Below, piece after piece: positions 13,084-28,000 of a DNA stretch of 64,000 nucleotides (its first letter is position 1; each line of letters begins with the position of its first letter). Source of the stretch: Owenia fusiformis (lineage: Eukaryota). A program made the position numbers and the translations under genes. The stretch is taken from positions 16,802,001 to 16,866,000 of the forward strand of contig CAIIXF020000001.1 in the NCBI GenBank assembly GCA_903813345.2, written 5' to 3'. The notes under the pieces were generated by a model. That model was given only the letters and a program-made list of their open reading frames with translations. It did no database searches and was not told the origin of the DNA.

Positions 13084-14102
13084 CACGCCCGGTGATCGTA
13101 CAAAATGGATGGAGGGGGGGATTAGGCGATTTCTGCAAGAAAACTCAACAAACTTGGAAGATTTATTTTTTCAAGAGAAAATTAACAACTGAATTGCCAA
13201 ATGAATAGGCGCAGTGCATGGCAAAATGTGTTAGGTCATCTAGTATTATTTTTGAACTGATACCCTTCTAAGATATGAGATCTATTAAAAAAGGCGCATC
13301 ATCACCAACGTGCAAAAGTCAATGTTTTTGCTATACATCGGGCAACAATGGTCTGCACGACCTGTAATAAATATGTATAAGGGACGTTATTATCACAATA
13401 CTAATGACCTTGCTCACTTTTTAAAGTTAGTTTCCATTCGTTATACAAAAAATAGTCGAAATAAATTAATATTGGATGGAGGGGGGGATTGGATGGAGGG
13501 GGGGATCACGTGTATGTAAGACATGATAAGACATGCTACTTGAATTTATTCTTATGACTCCATATTTTCCCATTTTTCATTCTCCAGAGATATAATATCC
13601 AGTTTCTTACTGGAGTATTGAGTTTAATGTTTCAAATACGCGAGTTCTTGTGAATTTGTTCCATCGTAAAGACATATAAATCCCCCCCTCCATCCACTCC
13701 CCCCCTCCATCCAATATTAATTCATTTCGATTATTTTTTTTATAACGCATGGAAACTAACATTAAAAAGTGAGCAATGTCATTAGTATTGTGATAATAAC
13801 GTCCCTTATACCTATTCATTACAGGTTGTGTGGACCATTGTTGCCCGATTTATAGCTAAAACATTGACTTTTGCACGTTGGTGATGATGCGCCTTTTTTA
13901 ATAGATCTCATATCTTTGAAGGGTATCAGTTCAAAATAAATACTAGATGACCTAACATATTTTGCCATGCACTGTGCCTATTCATTTGGCAATTCAGTGG
14001 TAAATTTTCTCTGGAAAAAATAAATCTTCCGAATTTGTTGAGTTTTCTTGCAGAAATCGGCTAATCCCCCCCTCCATCCATTTTGTACGATCACCGGGCG
14101 TG
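13084..14102. mobile_element. Palindromic non-autonomous DNA transposon with CAC...GTG termini and a 5-bp TSD (Transib/RAG-like or Chapaev-like signature)
   Basis: Near-perfect TIRs of ~420 bp beginning CACGCCCGGTGATCGTACAAAATGG. TSD GAAAT at 13079-13083 and 14103-14107. No coding capacity. Confidence 0.8.
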
Positions 14103-16020
14103 GAAATGGCTAAAATAAAGTCAGGTGAAAAGACCCATTACATTAGGCTAGATTATGAATACACGCATGGTAAAGGGTCCCAGTGCAGTAAATCCTATGT
14201 TTAAACATGGAACACTGATAAATCACTTGTCAGTCAAATGTCAAAGAACACCAACATAAATATCAGAGAGGTTTGCAGTTTATTGATCATGTATGCAGAT
14301 CCTAAACCTTACATCATTTGCAAATCTTTCAAACAGTTTCGAGAAAATAATAGATTTATGTTTTAGGTAGAATAGAATTGAAGAGGAAAATTCAAATCAA
14401 AGGCTATTTTCTTTTTGCATTTTTGGGGACTTATCATTGTCTGATATGATATTTATCTTGATGTCATAATATCAATGGTTTAAAAAGATTTTTTATGAAG
14501 TTTCTCTTAAGTGCCCAACAGTGTCACGATATAGGGACAGAAAATATCGGCATTTTAAAAGTAACGCTTTTTTCCTCTCTTACAAGTAACAATTCAAAGA
14601 CAATTTATGGGAGAAAGATTTGTTGATCAGATAATCTTTTTGAAAAAGCGCAACTTTGGACTTAGTATATACGTGCCCTAAGCTATTTAAGAGACCTTTT
14701 TTAAGAAACCTTGCCAATTCTGGCCCACTATGAAATTTACCTTTCTCAATTCTCAAGTAACTACTACATGTAATGCAAACAAACATTTTGCCTTCTTTCA
14801 TTGAGCTTATCTCCCTGGATAAGTACAAATACTGGAAAAAAGATTGTATAACTTCATTCAATATTCTTTATTTGTTTTGAATTGATAATACAAATAATTT
14901 AAATGTATTGTAATAAATACCAAAATGTGTCAGAGAACATTAATAATAGTGACATTTTAGGCATTGCAGTGCAAAAATTAGAAATTAATGATTGAGAAAT
15001 CGTCTCAAACTATAAACAGTGGATGACGTAGTAATTTGGCACAATCCAGTTGTCCACGGAAATTGCATATAACAACAAAAAATAAATACAAAATAATTAT
15101 TTAGTTTTACTATACACCAAGTTATGTGTAATGCAGAATCTTAGCATTATTCTTTTGAAATTACTTGAAATACAAGGCATTAACATGCAGAATGTCACCA
15201 CATGCCATTTGTTACAGATGCTGAATGCCAACTGCCACCCACCATCACTGACCACCAAACACCGACTGCCAAACACCATCCACAGAAACGTTATATAACA
15301 CTTGTGGTGGTGACATAATAAACAAGATGATACATCAACTGTACTTTTTACAATTGATCAGATACATGATTTTGCATCTCACTAAAATCTTCATTTCTTC
15401 ATTAATCCCACCTAAATGTAAGATTGCCCTCTCTCACAATGAAGGGGAATTTAGATGTAAGGTATATTAGGGCTTGTGAATCTTTTACATGGCAGAAGAC
15501 TTCTTACTTCTGAAGTGTTATAGTCTATGAGCCTGTCAACCAAGCATATTCCTCCCATCTTCCTCCCATATTCCTCCCATAATCATTTCAGCAATAAATC
15601 CACTAGATATTCCTCAGATACTCCGAGTGATATAGATTGATCTGTCACTTCACTCACTTTGGCCTTATTTTGGGGATTTTTGGCTTTATTAATTGCTCTT
15701 AATTTTCATGTTTATTGATTTTTGTAAATTTGGTAAGTCAATGGAAAGCACAATATCAACCCACTGTTCATTTTCATAAAATCTGAAATTTATTTTGTCC
15801 TATTTTGTCACTTTATGAGGGTTGTTCAAAAACTATAAAGCATTCCCATGAAACACATAGATCCTGAGAGTTCTGCTCCAATATGAGATCACTTGACACA
15901 TTTTCTGCATTCCCATGGCAACAGTATAATTTCACCACCAATAATGTGATGACCACCATTGTTCGGGATAAGACCACAATTGTTGAGGATGAGACCACCA
16001 ATAATAGGCATATAACAAGT

Positions 16021-19000
16021 TTATTTCACAATGATTTCTGAACATCGAAAATGCCATTCTTGCGTATCATTCTGTGGGAAGATGTGGTGCGCCACCTGAA
16101 ATAAAGAATATATTTTCATACCTTTCACACTCTTGTAGTCAAACATGTACAGTAAAACCTGTCTTAGTGGAACAACTTGAAGGTGCTCAACTTGCTGAGG
16201 TGTCCAACTTGCAGAGTTGTTCACTTTACAGGTTTTACTGTAGTTATTAGTACAAGTTATCTCCCATGCCAATATGGTTGTATATTCTAAGTAGAAACAG
16301 AATATAAGATCGTATCTTACTTATAGACAAAAACAAATTAAAAAAAAAACAAAGAACAATTTAACTTATTCAAAAAAATTAGGCGAAAGTGGGTTAATTA
16401 TCTGGTTTGATTCTTGTCTTGATATTCGATGAGATCAAATTGATGAGACAATGCAGGTTTTTATTTTTTTATCTTTTTTTCTTAAGTTCAAAAACAAATC
16501 AATGTTGCAATGAGGCACTTGGGAATCAGTGCTACTTTTTGGGTAAAAAAGTGGCCAAAAACTGAAAGGGCATGAGTAGAAATCATAATCAGCTAAATAA
16601 CTTACATATAGTCTTATAAATATAAAACAACTTTTTATAATTAACTATCATATCAGGCTTACCACTCTACACACAAATCACTGATCTAGATTTTCAAACT
16701 GAAATTACGATAGGAATTAACGAAAACTAGATCGTGTTTAGCAATAATTTTTCAAATTCTCAAACCGGAAGTCAGCGATCAACTTTCATGGTATTTAGTT
16801 TTTGGGGGGAGGGGGGGGGGGTCAGAGTCAAAACTAGATTTATTTAGTTTCCAATCCGACATTGAACTACCTTAAAAGGAACACACTTATGAGGGGTGGG
16901 GAAGTTTTCTTGCGAATTAGCTGATATGTTGAATCATCAGATAAACTTATTTAGGTGTACTTACCACAGATTCTCTGGAGGGAATATCACATCTGCAATC
17001 TAAGGAGTCTCTACAACTGACACAGTTCTTGCTCTTGCTACAGTCTACTCTCACTGTCACCTTACTTCTTGACTGAAACACAATCATAGATTAACATGTT
17101 AACCTCCAAGAGTTGAAGTTAGCAGGTGTAATATAGTGACATATATGAATGCAATCTAAGGAGTCTCTACAACTGACACAGTTCTTGCTCTTGCTACAGT
17201 CCACTCTCACTGTCACCTTACTTCTTGACTGAAACACAATCATAGATTAACATGTTAGCCTCCAAGAGTTGAAGTTAGCAGGTGTAATATAGTGACATAT
17301 ATGAATGCAATCTAAGGAGTCTCTACAACTGACACAGTTCTTGCTCTTGCTACAGTCCACTCTCACTGTCACCTTATTTCTTGACTGAAACACAATCATA
17401 GATTAACATGTTAGCCTCCAAGAGTTGAAGTTAGCAGGTGTAATATAGTGACATATATGAATGCAATCTAAGGAGTCTCTACAACTGACACAGTTCTTGC
17501 TCTTGCTACAGTCCACTCTCACTGTCACCTTACTTCTTGACTGAAACACAATCATAGATTAACATGTTAGCCTCCAAGAGTTGAAGTTAGCAGGTGTAAT
17601 ATAGTGACATATATGAATGCAATCTAAGGAGTCTCTACAACTGACACAGTTCTTGCTCTTGCTACAGTCCACTCTCACTGTCACCTTACTTCTTGACTGA
17701 AACACAATTACAGATTAACATGTTAACCTCCAAGAGTTGAAGTTAGCAGGTGTAATACAGTGACATATATGGATTGCATTTACAAGCAGTATGAAATTTC
17801 AAAGTAATATTTTTCGCATAAAAATAAAAACACAAATAGCTGAATGTTTAAAAGTGGATCCATTGTGCATTTATAAAAATATAAAGTACTATACTTGATT
17901 GTGCCTACCTTATTTTCTAGTGCCACGCTGGTACAGAAATCTGTTGTATATGTGTACATGGTGAGATCTTTCATATTTTTCACCTTACTGGCGTCACCCT
18001 GTAGAAAGAGATTCATACATGGAAACACAGTCACATACACATGGAAATACATATTATTGGTTTAAATATTCTGGGTTTTCGTCCTGTCTTCTTTTTCCTT
18101 TTTTCCTTTTGGTGTTTCTTTAGTTATCTTACATATTACACTTTTGAATTGCACCTGTCAATCCTTAACTAAACTTACATAAAACTGCATCTGTTATAAG
18201 TTTGCCTTCAATAGAATTGCACAAGAAGAAAAAACATAGGCCTTTAAAGGATGACAAAGTACTGCTATCTTTCTGTCTGCCAAATATCTACAGAAGGCAC
18301 CTTAGATATGAGATATATATCACAGTATGTAGTAGAGTTACTTCTATGTATTACCTTTGATAGTATTGCATGACAGAGGTCAGATGAATATTGCTGGTCA
18401 GGATCTGTGAAACCTGTTGCTTTCACATCAGCCTTTTTGGTGTCTTCGGTATAAACTTCAAGACTGAAGGGACAAGCCTAAATTTAAGAAAAACTATCAT
18501 TATTGAACATTATAATATATGTTTTCTCATTCATCACTTTCAAGTTTTAAATACATCTATTACATATAAAGATGCTATAGGTTATAAGGGAATCAGCCTT
18601 AAGAGCTATTTTTGTTTTCTGTGTGCAAAGAAATAATATATATTTTGAAATGGAACTACATGTACTAGAATAACAGCTTTTATTGTGTATGCGTGGGAAA
18701 CAACCACTATAGATTACCTGGCACTGTTAATTATTTTATATTTTAAAATTTTCAATACTTTTTTAAATTATACACTATTCTTGGATATCTAATGGTATGA
18801 TGATTCTAAATTGAAAAATTGAATTTATTAAAGACTTATAACTTGGTTGATTACCTCATCCATTTCAAGGTTTTTATTGTAGCCCATACTACTCAGGGTT
18901 ACCCACAAGTCTTCAGTATCACCCTCATTGTCATCAGCCTCCATCTGGTTTAAGTCTATGAATCCTTTCCGAGTAATTTGACCCTTTTTCAGCTCAAATT

Positions 19001-22000
19001 GTTCTAAATAGGAAAGGTAACAGTCACACATTAGTTAATTTCATTAATGAGAAAAATAGAAAATGGTAAGGTTAGATAAAATAGAGTGGTAATATAATGT
19101 ATGTATCATTATAAAATTGATCACAGTTCCTTCACATCTAGAGAAAAATTTAAGATAAATTTGCTTCTTCAACATGGGCTCATCTTCTGTTATTTAAAAA
19201 ATCACATTATAACTAGCCTCCTTTAGAAAGACATTTAACAGATAATGTTTTGTGAACTGGAGCCAGGTAGCAATTATTAGAGAAAGGGCCACTATACTAT
19301 ACATGCACATGTCTTCCACGGAACTTCCAGGGGGTTCATATTTGATAACTTTGGCCAAAAATGGAGCTTGAACACCTGAAAACCCTCTGGCTACTGGTCC
19401 GGTTAATATTTCAACTTTGTACCTTCGACCACCTCCCACACATCATCAGTGACCTCCTCCCCACTTGTGCGTATGTTGTACATGTTAAACTCATCACGGC
19501 TTAGCAGACCATTGGCATCAAGGTCATTCATCTCAAATATATCAGACAAGGCCTCTCTGTAATGTACAGGGTGAGCCGTAAGAGTTGAAAATATATATAT
19601 CTGCCAAGTTTTTTATTTAAGTCATTTTGTAACTACAGAACAATAAGTTCGTAATTTTCCAAAAAATTAAATCATGCATATATTTAGAATGGAGCAAAAT
19701 GCATCACAGGCTTCTGTGTCTAAGTGGAACACCTTTGATACCTCTAAATAAAAAAAGTGTTCCACTGATAGAGGTTCATTTAACATTAAGGAAGTTGGTC
19801 TTGGGATTGTGTAAAGTGTTCCACTAACACAGGTGTTCCACTTTATAAATTTCCCTGTCTTACTATACTGTATGAAGACAAATCATGGCTCAAAGGGAGT
19901 CATAGTTGAATTAATTCTATGCTTCACTGAACGCATTTATCAATGATCACACATGCTGATTGTGAACTCCTATAGCACATTTTAGTCCACTGTACTTACT
20001 TAAAACTTTTAGTCAGCATAAAACTGCCGTCATCTTGTTTCCTTACAAGCTTTGTTTCAACTTTTGGTTCACTCCTTCGTCTCTTTAGGCGACACCCTGT
20101 TGTAAATGGCATCAATGTGTATTTACCAGCATCTAGGTCACATCTCAGACCAAATTTCTAGAAAATAAATAATAAAAATCATGCACTACATTGAACTAGC
20201 ATGCATCTTTATAGTAACAGACCAATTTCAAAACACACTGTATATTTCTTAAGTTCAAATTACTAATCTGTTCATCGCAACATTTTGTTTAGCGACAAAA
20301 AATGGGGGTTTCAGTTTTATACTTTCCTGACAATGGGTCATAAGTTCAAATCCCCGGGAGTAGTTTTATACATTCCGTCCATAGCACAAGCTCTATTTCC
20401 ATTTTTTCAATCAGGAAAATCAGATTATTAGTATCAAGAGGGTGAAGTCAACAATCAATTCGGGACTGATCAGTTAGTTCATTTTAAGTTCACCATGCTT
20501 TGTCATCACTTGGACAAATATTCTGGGATGGTCAACTTGAAGTTAATCCTGTTATGTCACTTACCCCTTTGTTGTCTTTTTGTTCAGTAAAAGTAACAAG
20601 TCTGTTACCGTCTCTGTCTGGTCTATCACGTAGCAACATTAACATTGTATCTATGGGGGCATCACTATACCGTGATTCATCTAGAAAAATACATTAACTA
20701 ACTTTCTAAAATTAAACAAAAACACTCTAAGAACAGCAAATATTAAGTTCTAGTATTTACAGTTACTAGACTAAAGGGTCCAGGTACTGCACTTTTAAAT
20801 GTTTCATTAGATAGTACTGCATCCTAAAGTTTTAAGCCTCATTTTTATTTAAATTAGTATTGCCCAATTCAATGTAATACATATATAGAATGCATGTATT
20901 TGGCAAAGGATAAAAAATGGCTACATCTTTATGGGGCAAATATGGTTGAATCTGAGCTAGTCATATAAAAAGAGCATCCCTCAATGCCCACCAGTACTTA
21001 CCACTAGGCCTTAAATAAAAGGGTTCTATAGTGATCCAGACACCACTGTCCTCGGGGAGCACCAACTGGAATTGTTGACTGACTATATTGCTATCATCAT
21101 CAAAGAAAAAGCTACCTCTTCTAAGCACCAATGACCAGTTCTGAAAAACAAGTGTATTCAGTGCATACAATAAAACATGTGGAACTCCTTTGGCACCTCT
21201 AAAAAGTGGTCCACTAGGGAGGTGTTCCACTTAAAGAGGTTCATTTAACATCAAGTCAGTTTTATTTTGGGACTCTGAAAAGTGTTCCACTAACAGAAGT
21301 GTTCCACCTAACAGGTTTCAATGGTTGTACTGTATTCATTACTTTTAAAGGACAAGTCTCTGTTTGGAGAACAGTCTCTGGGCTAAAATTTCTTTTCATG
21401 AAAAATATAGAAATATCACCCAAATTAAATTATGAATATTCAAAAGAGAACATTTGGAAAACAGTCTCCTGGGCTAAAATTTCTTTTCATGAAAAATATA
21501 GAAATATCACCCAAATTAAATTATGAATATTCAAAAGAGAACGTTTGGAAAACAGTCTCCTGGGCTAAAATTTCTTTTTATGAAAAATATAGAAATATTA
21601 CCCAAATTAAATTATGAATATTCAAAAGAGAACATTTAAATCTGCAAGATGTAAAAATAACAAAATTGTCCAAAGCAGGCATAATGTGCAGTAGACTGAT
21701 CAACCTCGTTCTCCAAGCCGAGACTAGTCTTTTCCACTGGGATCTATCATAGACCTGTAAAGGTGCCTTGACCTCAACATTTGTACAAATGTCAGAATGC
21801 TAATAAAGACATAGAATAAAAAGATGTGAAAAAGTCATTATATTATTATTTCAATGATGAAATAAACATCACAATAACTGACCAAAATGTTCCATATTTT
21901 TTCTTCAGAATGCTCTATTCTTGATGGAATTAAATCACCTACTCAAGCTGAAGGAGATTATACAGTAATTTCTCTTTTAATGATTAAATTTTGCCATTGC

Positions 22001-25000
22001 GTGAAAGAGGTTTATGCGGTAAGCTATCATTAATAAATAATCCTATTCCCTTAATGCAATATATTGTATGGTAGCTTTTCAGGCGTCTACATACAGTACT
22101 TTAACTAATCACATTATGGAATGCTATGCTTAGACCATATAGTATTTGCCATGGTCTATATGTAATAATAGCGGTTGAAGATATACTAATGAACCAGTTT
22201 TTGTTGCTTATTTATTCACATCCAATTTTGTCTATTTACAGGCACAATTCATAAATGAGACATACCTTTATATTTTTCGGTTCGTGAAGTTTGGCACGTT
22301 TTAGCACAGCTGGTGATTTTGGACGATCTTCATGCTTAGATCTTGGGGATTTCGGCTCACCTAAAAGCAGATTTACCTTAAAGTTAATTATCTTCAATTA
22401 TATCAACCAAAAAGTACAAAAAGTAACAAAACTAAATGCACATGACTGTAGTTTATATACACATATTACACATACTGTTCATATTAACTCTAACAGAATT
22501 TTACATGTCTTTTATATAATAAATGTTTTTTGTATTATTCATAGAGCTCATTCATTCATTTATTCATAGAGCCAATTTTCATAATTTGCCAAAAAAATAA
22601 GAAATAGAATTAAGTAAATTGAAGTTCCTCATTGACTGAAGAGTGTTTACCCAAATTAAACCCAGCAAGTGTGAAAACAAAGTGTAACCAGAACTTGTGA
22701 AGATTGTGATTGTTCTTTTTATAGAAATTCTTTGACAAAACAGTCCTATTAAATACTGCAAATACCTCTTTTCACATGAAAATTATTATGATAAAAACCA
22801 CTCAGGTAAACTGATATTAGATAGTTAAAAATGATTTGAAAGGTCAATTTATCTATAAATATGTTTTATCAGAGAAAAATTAAGACTAAATCTATCATTT
22901 TAGTCAAAATTCTGTTTTTAAATTGTCTTAGAGAGTGACCAGATCAGCTTGACCTTGGAGTTTTAACACCAGCCATCAATTTCACTTCTAAAAATAGAGC
23001 TGTCAATCAAAATACTGAACTGCATTGAAATAGAGTTATATTTAGTTCAATTGTTTGTCAGGTTGCTGATTTGGGGTTTTCTCTAACTCAGAATTGAATT
23101 TTATTACCAGAGCTCAAACTAATTTGTAAAGTTAAAATAAAATAACTATTTGATAAATACGTAAATATCAGTGTGACCTACTACATGGAGGGCAGTGTGA
23201 CCTATTTAAAAAATAATACTGTAATTACTATTCTTTTTCAGTTGAAATGAATTTAAATTATAGATGTAACTTTTTCTTTTATTTTCACACAACATTTTTT
23301 TCAACACAAAGATAAGTATGTTTGTTATGCAATGGTGGAAAGGATACATGTTCATTGACAGTTGTGGCAGACAAATTGACAGACCACCATTCTTTGATAT
23401 AGTAAAATAAATCATAATTATTCAAGGTGCCGTGGTACAGAACTCTGTTATATTTGTTCAAAATAAAGTCTAAAAATGCCACATGTTTTGTCACTTCCTG
23501 TTTTGTCATTTCCTGTTAAGTACCACAGCACCTTAAGAGGAAAAAATCTCTCAGAAAAATTGTGTGTAATTTCATGTATGTAATAAAGGTGAATCATGTT
23601 ATAGAGTTAGATACCTACACCATTTTTGATTCCATTTGATATGAGTGACCGACACCCCTTGAATCTACCACTATTTATTATGACTAACCATTACAGATGT
23701 TACAGAAATAATGTGATTCATGCAAGATAAAGTGAAAGAATCCCTAGAAAAAAGAATTATATTCATGTATGAAAGTCATCTTCATCCTAAAGTTACTGTC
23801 ATATTAGCTGTGTGGGCTCACCATTCACCACTGTGTGACTTACTTTGGCATTAATGTTTGAATAAAGTTATTGATTTTTGTATTTGATGTGATGGGGGAT
23901 ATCTTAACGTTTTGTTTTGCCCACTGTGTATCCATACCATGCCCCATCTTTGGCCCCAAAGTATTCACATGGTGGCAAACGGTGAGCCCACACAGCCTAA
24001 GCATGACAGATGCATAATATGCTACCATTTAAGCCAGCCATAAAGCTACCAACATGCAGTGAAAGTAAGCATATAATTAAATTGCTCCGTCTCCGCCTCT
24101 CCCAGACCCATATACCACAAATTAAAAAAAGTTTGCAATACTTTGTACAAAGACAAATGCAGAAATTATTTGCTTACTATGGTTTTTAATTTGGGTGCAT
24201 GGGTGGATTTTAGGATCAGAGTATCTTTGAGAACACTGTACCTTACAGAGTGCTATATGGTATTAGCAATATATACAGTCACTACTAACCCAACCTCATC
24301 TACCGTAACCATTTTACTGTTGGGCTGATCATACCACCAGTTCGCATATTCATGTAGCTACATCCCTGAGCTAATTGATACAGTGTGGTATCACAAGATT
24401 TGGTTAGTTTCTGTGAATATATCTAAGGGCCTCACAAATAATTGTCTGTTTAACAAAGCAGTGCAGTCATCTTTCATTTTGACATGCAATGAATTTTGCA
24501 ATTCAAATCATAATGGCCAAATCATTAAGTCTTGAGTTTAGAAATAACTCTTGTAGACAGACAATTGGGACCAAACAGAAAATATCTCCATGCTTTGGAT
24601 AGCTGGTACTATTCTTAAGACTGACTTTTCCTCATCCAGTATTCTTGCAATTTTATTCTATTACCAAGGTAGGATCATCTCTCTTTTTCTTGATATTTCT
24701 GCCACCATCTAGCAACCAGACTAAAAGGGGCAACAAAGACTAGACAAGCAGAGAGTTTTGAAAACATTGTCCCAATTTTACAATATTTTTTGCTCTAAAC
24801 ATACATGTTGTCTACAATTTTGACTATATCTCAAGAAAGAATCTTTGCTTTAAGGTTATTTGGCAAAAAATTACAAAGTTCAATCCCTTTTTCAATCAAA
24901 ATGAATGTTGACATTTCTGCATCTTGAATCTTAACTTACTCCAATATTTGATCTAAAACGTATTCTTTTTTCAGAAAATAAATTAGAATTATAATCAAAA

Positions 25001-28000
25001 CATTGACATAATTCTTGAAAATATTAATTCCAACATTTTACTCTCTGGTCTTTGCTGCCACTTTAAGCAAAGACTTAAAAACTTCAAATCTGGTGAAAAC
25101 TAAGAAATCGCGAGAGGAAAAGTCAATCAATAGCAACAAATATGCCTGAAAAAAGCTGAAAAATTAGCTAAGAAAAAAGAAAGCAAAGAAGCTATAAAGC
25201 ATATCCTAGCCATTGTTCTGAGATACCTGTGTCATTTATTGAGTGGTCTCTACTAGTAGGTTTAGGTGTTCGTGGTTTGGGGACAGGTTTATCATTGTCA
25301 CCTGAAAAAATTGATTTATAAAACATCCACAATTCATCTTTTTAATACGACTCCAGAGAAACCTGTAAAGTGTAACACTTCTAGAAGTTGGAACAGCTTA
25401 ACTGACTTAATGTTAAATGAACCTCTATAAGCGGAACACCTCCCAAGTGGAACACTTTTTAGAGATGTTCCACTTAAACAGATTTTACTGTATATGATAT
25501 GAAAAAGGGTAATTGTATTTCATACATAGCTAATTAAAGAATGCTTCAAAAGTTTATAAAATAAACTGTGTATCCCTAGACCTCCTTCCTTCTTATCCTT
25601 AGCAAATATAGCTAATATCAATTAGACACGTTTTCTACCCTTGTTCTGTTTGCCCTATTACATGTTTACATTCATGTTTACATGTATTAGATTAAACCTG
25701 TAAAGAGATCTGATAATTGCAAGAAAAAAGCAAACATACAGCAATAACTATAGTAAAAACATAAGAGCATAGAAATTGAAATTCATTATAACAACACGTT
25801 AACCCTTACCAGACCACTGAAGGATAATCTAATTCAAAGATGTTAGTACAAATTTGCCATGCTGCAGGAATGTTAAAGATTTAAACAATCAGAAGTTGTA
25901 TCATGGATCATTAATCAAGTAATCAGAACTGATTTGCTCTAATTTCAGACTGGGTTGGAAAGGGTTAAATTATCTTTAAAAACATTGATATTTAAGACAA
26001 GAAATTGTGCATATTACATATATCTTATCATTATATTATCAAGAACTGTGCACTACTTAATGACAATGATTAGGTGATGATGGGGGGAGGGGGGGGTTTA
26101 ATGATTAGTCAAAATTAGAGGAATCACTTAGGAAATTTTGGGAGAATTAGTTGTCATAATTCTGTATATGATGAGAGAATCAGGGGGAAAATTGACCGAG
26201 TAGAACTCTAAAATGCACAAGCAAAACTAGGTCAAGGCCACAAACCATCATGCAGGAATAGCTGTTTGCAGGTAGCTATCAAATCATTGTACAAGCACTA
26301 CCTAGCTGCATAGTGAACCATTCAACTGCACAGAAACCAAAAATTAAAAAAGTGACGAACTGACAATAAAGTGATTACTCAACTCGTATATGAAATATGT
26401 TACACTTGAATTTGTTTTGCATACTCTGACATGCTATTTAAGTTTCAAAAATATCAATCATGTTATAGACATCATATCCTGACAACAGTTTTGACAGATA
26501 TTGGTGTTGTGCTAACTCGTGACACTTTTGTAAACTTTAAATGCTAAAAGTGAACAAACAATAATGAACCACATTAAAACAGAAAATACCAAGTGACAAA
26601 CATTAAAGCCATAAAAATATGATAATAAATAGAGAAAGGTATTGAAATGTATGAATTGAATTAAAATGCATTGCAAGGCCTTATAATTGCTACCATAACA
26701 ACCTGGTTGCCATAGAAACCAGCATTCTTTATATATATAAGATCATCCCATGCAACTAGCTAGACTTAGAATGCCCTACCCCTGCAAAACATACACCCGT
26801 GTTCCTTAACCACAGTGACTGGCTGATGAGTTTCAGCTGAAATATAAGTTAAATTCAGATGTTACATATGAATTTAGATGTAACACATGAATTTAGACGT
26901 AACACATGAATTTAGATGTAACACATGAATTTAAATGTAACACATGAATTTAGACGTAACACATGAATTTAGATGTAACACATGAATTTAGATGTAACAC
27001 TTGAATTTAGACGTAACACATGAATTAAGATGTAACACATGGATTTAGACGTAACACATAATTTCAGATTTACATGTAACACATGGGTTGTAGATGGGAC
27101 ACAAAAATTTAGATGTATACGTACATAGCCTCGGAAGTGATGTGTAAAGTGACACATGAATTTAAATGTAATACATAACCTTTGAAATGACATGTGAATT
27201 TAGATGTGACACATGAATGACACATGAAACCCATTCTAATCTGTTTGTGAACCAAACAATGCAAGGGATGATTGTGTTTTATGCACTTGTACAGAGGGTC
27301 TAAATCAAAATGCACTTGTACAGGAAAGGACTAAAATCAAAATAAATACTTTTTTCTATTTTACAAATTATAAGCATAAGGCAAGAAAAGCAAAATTAAG
27401 GACTGTTTGAAAGATTATTCAGATGAACAGAAGAACTTGCATCTAGCCAAGGTAACATAGGTACCACATATACTATACAGCCAAGGTGATTTTTTTTAAA
27501 CTTGTAATGCTGGATGTTGTTATCTGTATACATTTATGCAACTTGTGCACAACCAGGGTAACTTAGTCAATGTTTTTTGAATGTATATTGTATTCAATGC
27601 AGCAAACCAAAGAAAATCCAGTAAAACTTATAAAAATGTATCAAGAATGTTTCTTGTTTCCCAATATGTGCAATAATTGCTTCTAAAACAGATCTAATAA
27701 AAAATGTGCATGGGGATCGATGTTAACAAAACTTTAACAACTGTGAGATTTATATGTCACTAACTAGCACACGTGATTTAAGAAAATTTAGCTTACTGTC
27801 ATTGCTATCTCTTTGATTCCTTGGGCTGACTTTGTTTTCTGAGGAAAAGAATTACTACATGAAAAAATCATACATTTATGTGGTTGTTCAAGAATTACTA
27901 CGTGAAAAATCAGACATTTATGCGGTTGTTCAAGAATTACTACATGAAAAATCATACATTTATGCGGTTGTTCAAGAATTACTACATGAAAAATCATACA

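Noticed and set aside
13084-13110. RSS-like heptamer/nonamer in the TIR (CACGCCC...ACAAAATGG)
   Set aside because: Only CAC and part of the nonamer match, with a 9-nt spacer, and both ends are identical with no 12/23-type asymmetry.
13310-13819. Two similar ~70-aa ORFs on opposite strands
   Set aside because: Mirror translations of the palindromic transposon arms, with no recognisable protein motifs.
16994-17772. Regularly spaced repeats resembling a CRISPR array
   Set aside because: Whole 156-bp units are near-identical with no unique spacers, there are no cas genes, and the context is a eukaryotic intron.
20330-20362. tRNA B-box-like GTTCAAATCC
   Set aside because: No cloverleaf or A-box can be built; at most a decayed SINE fragment.
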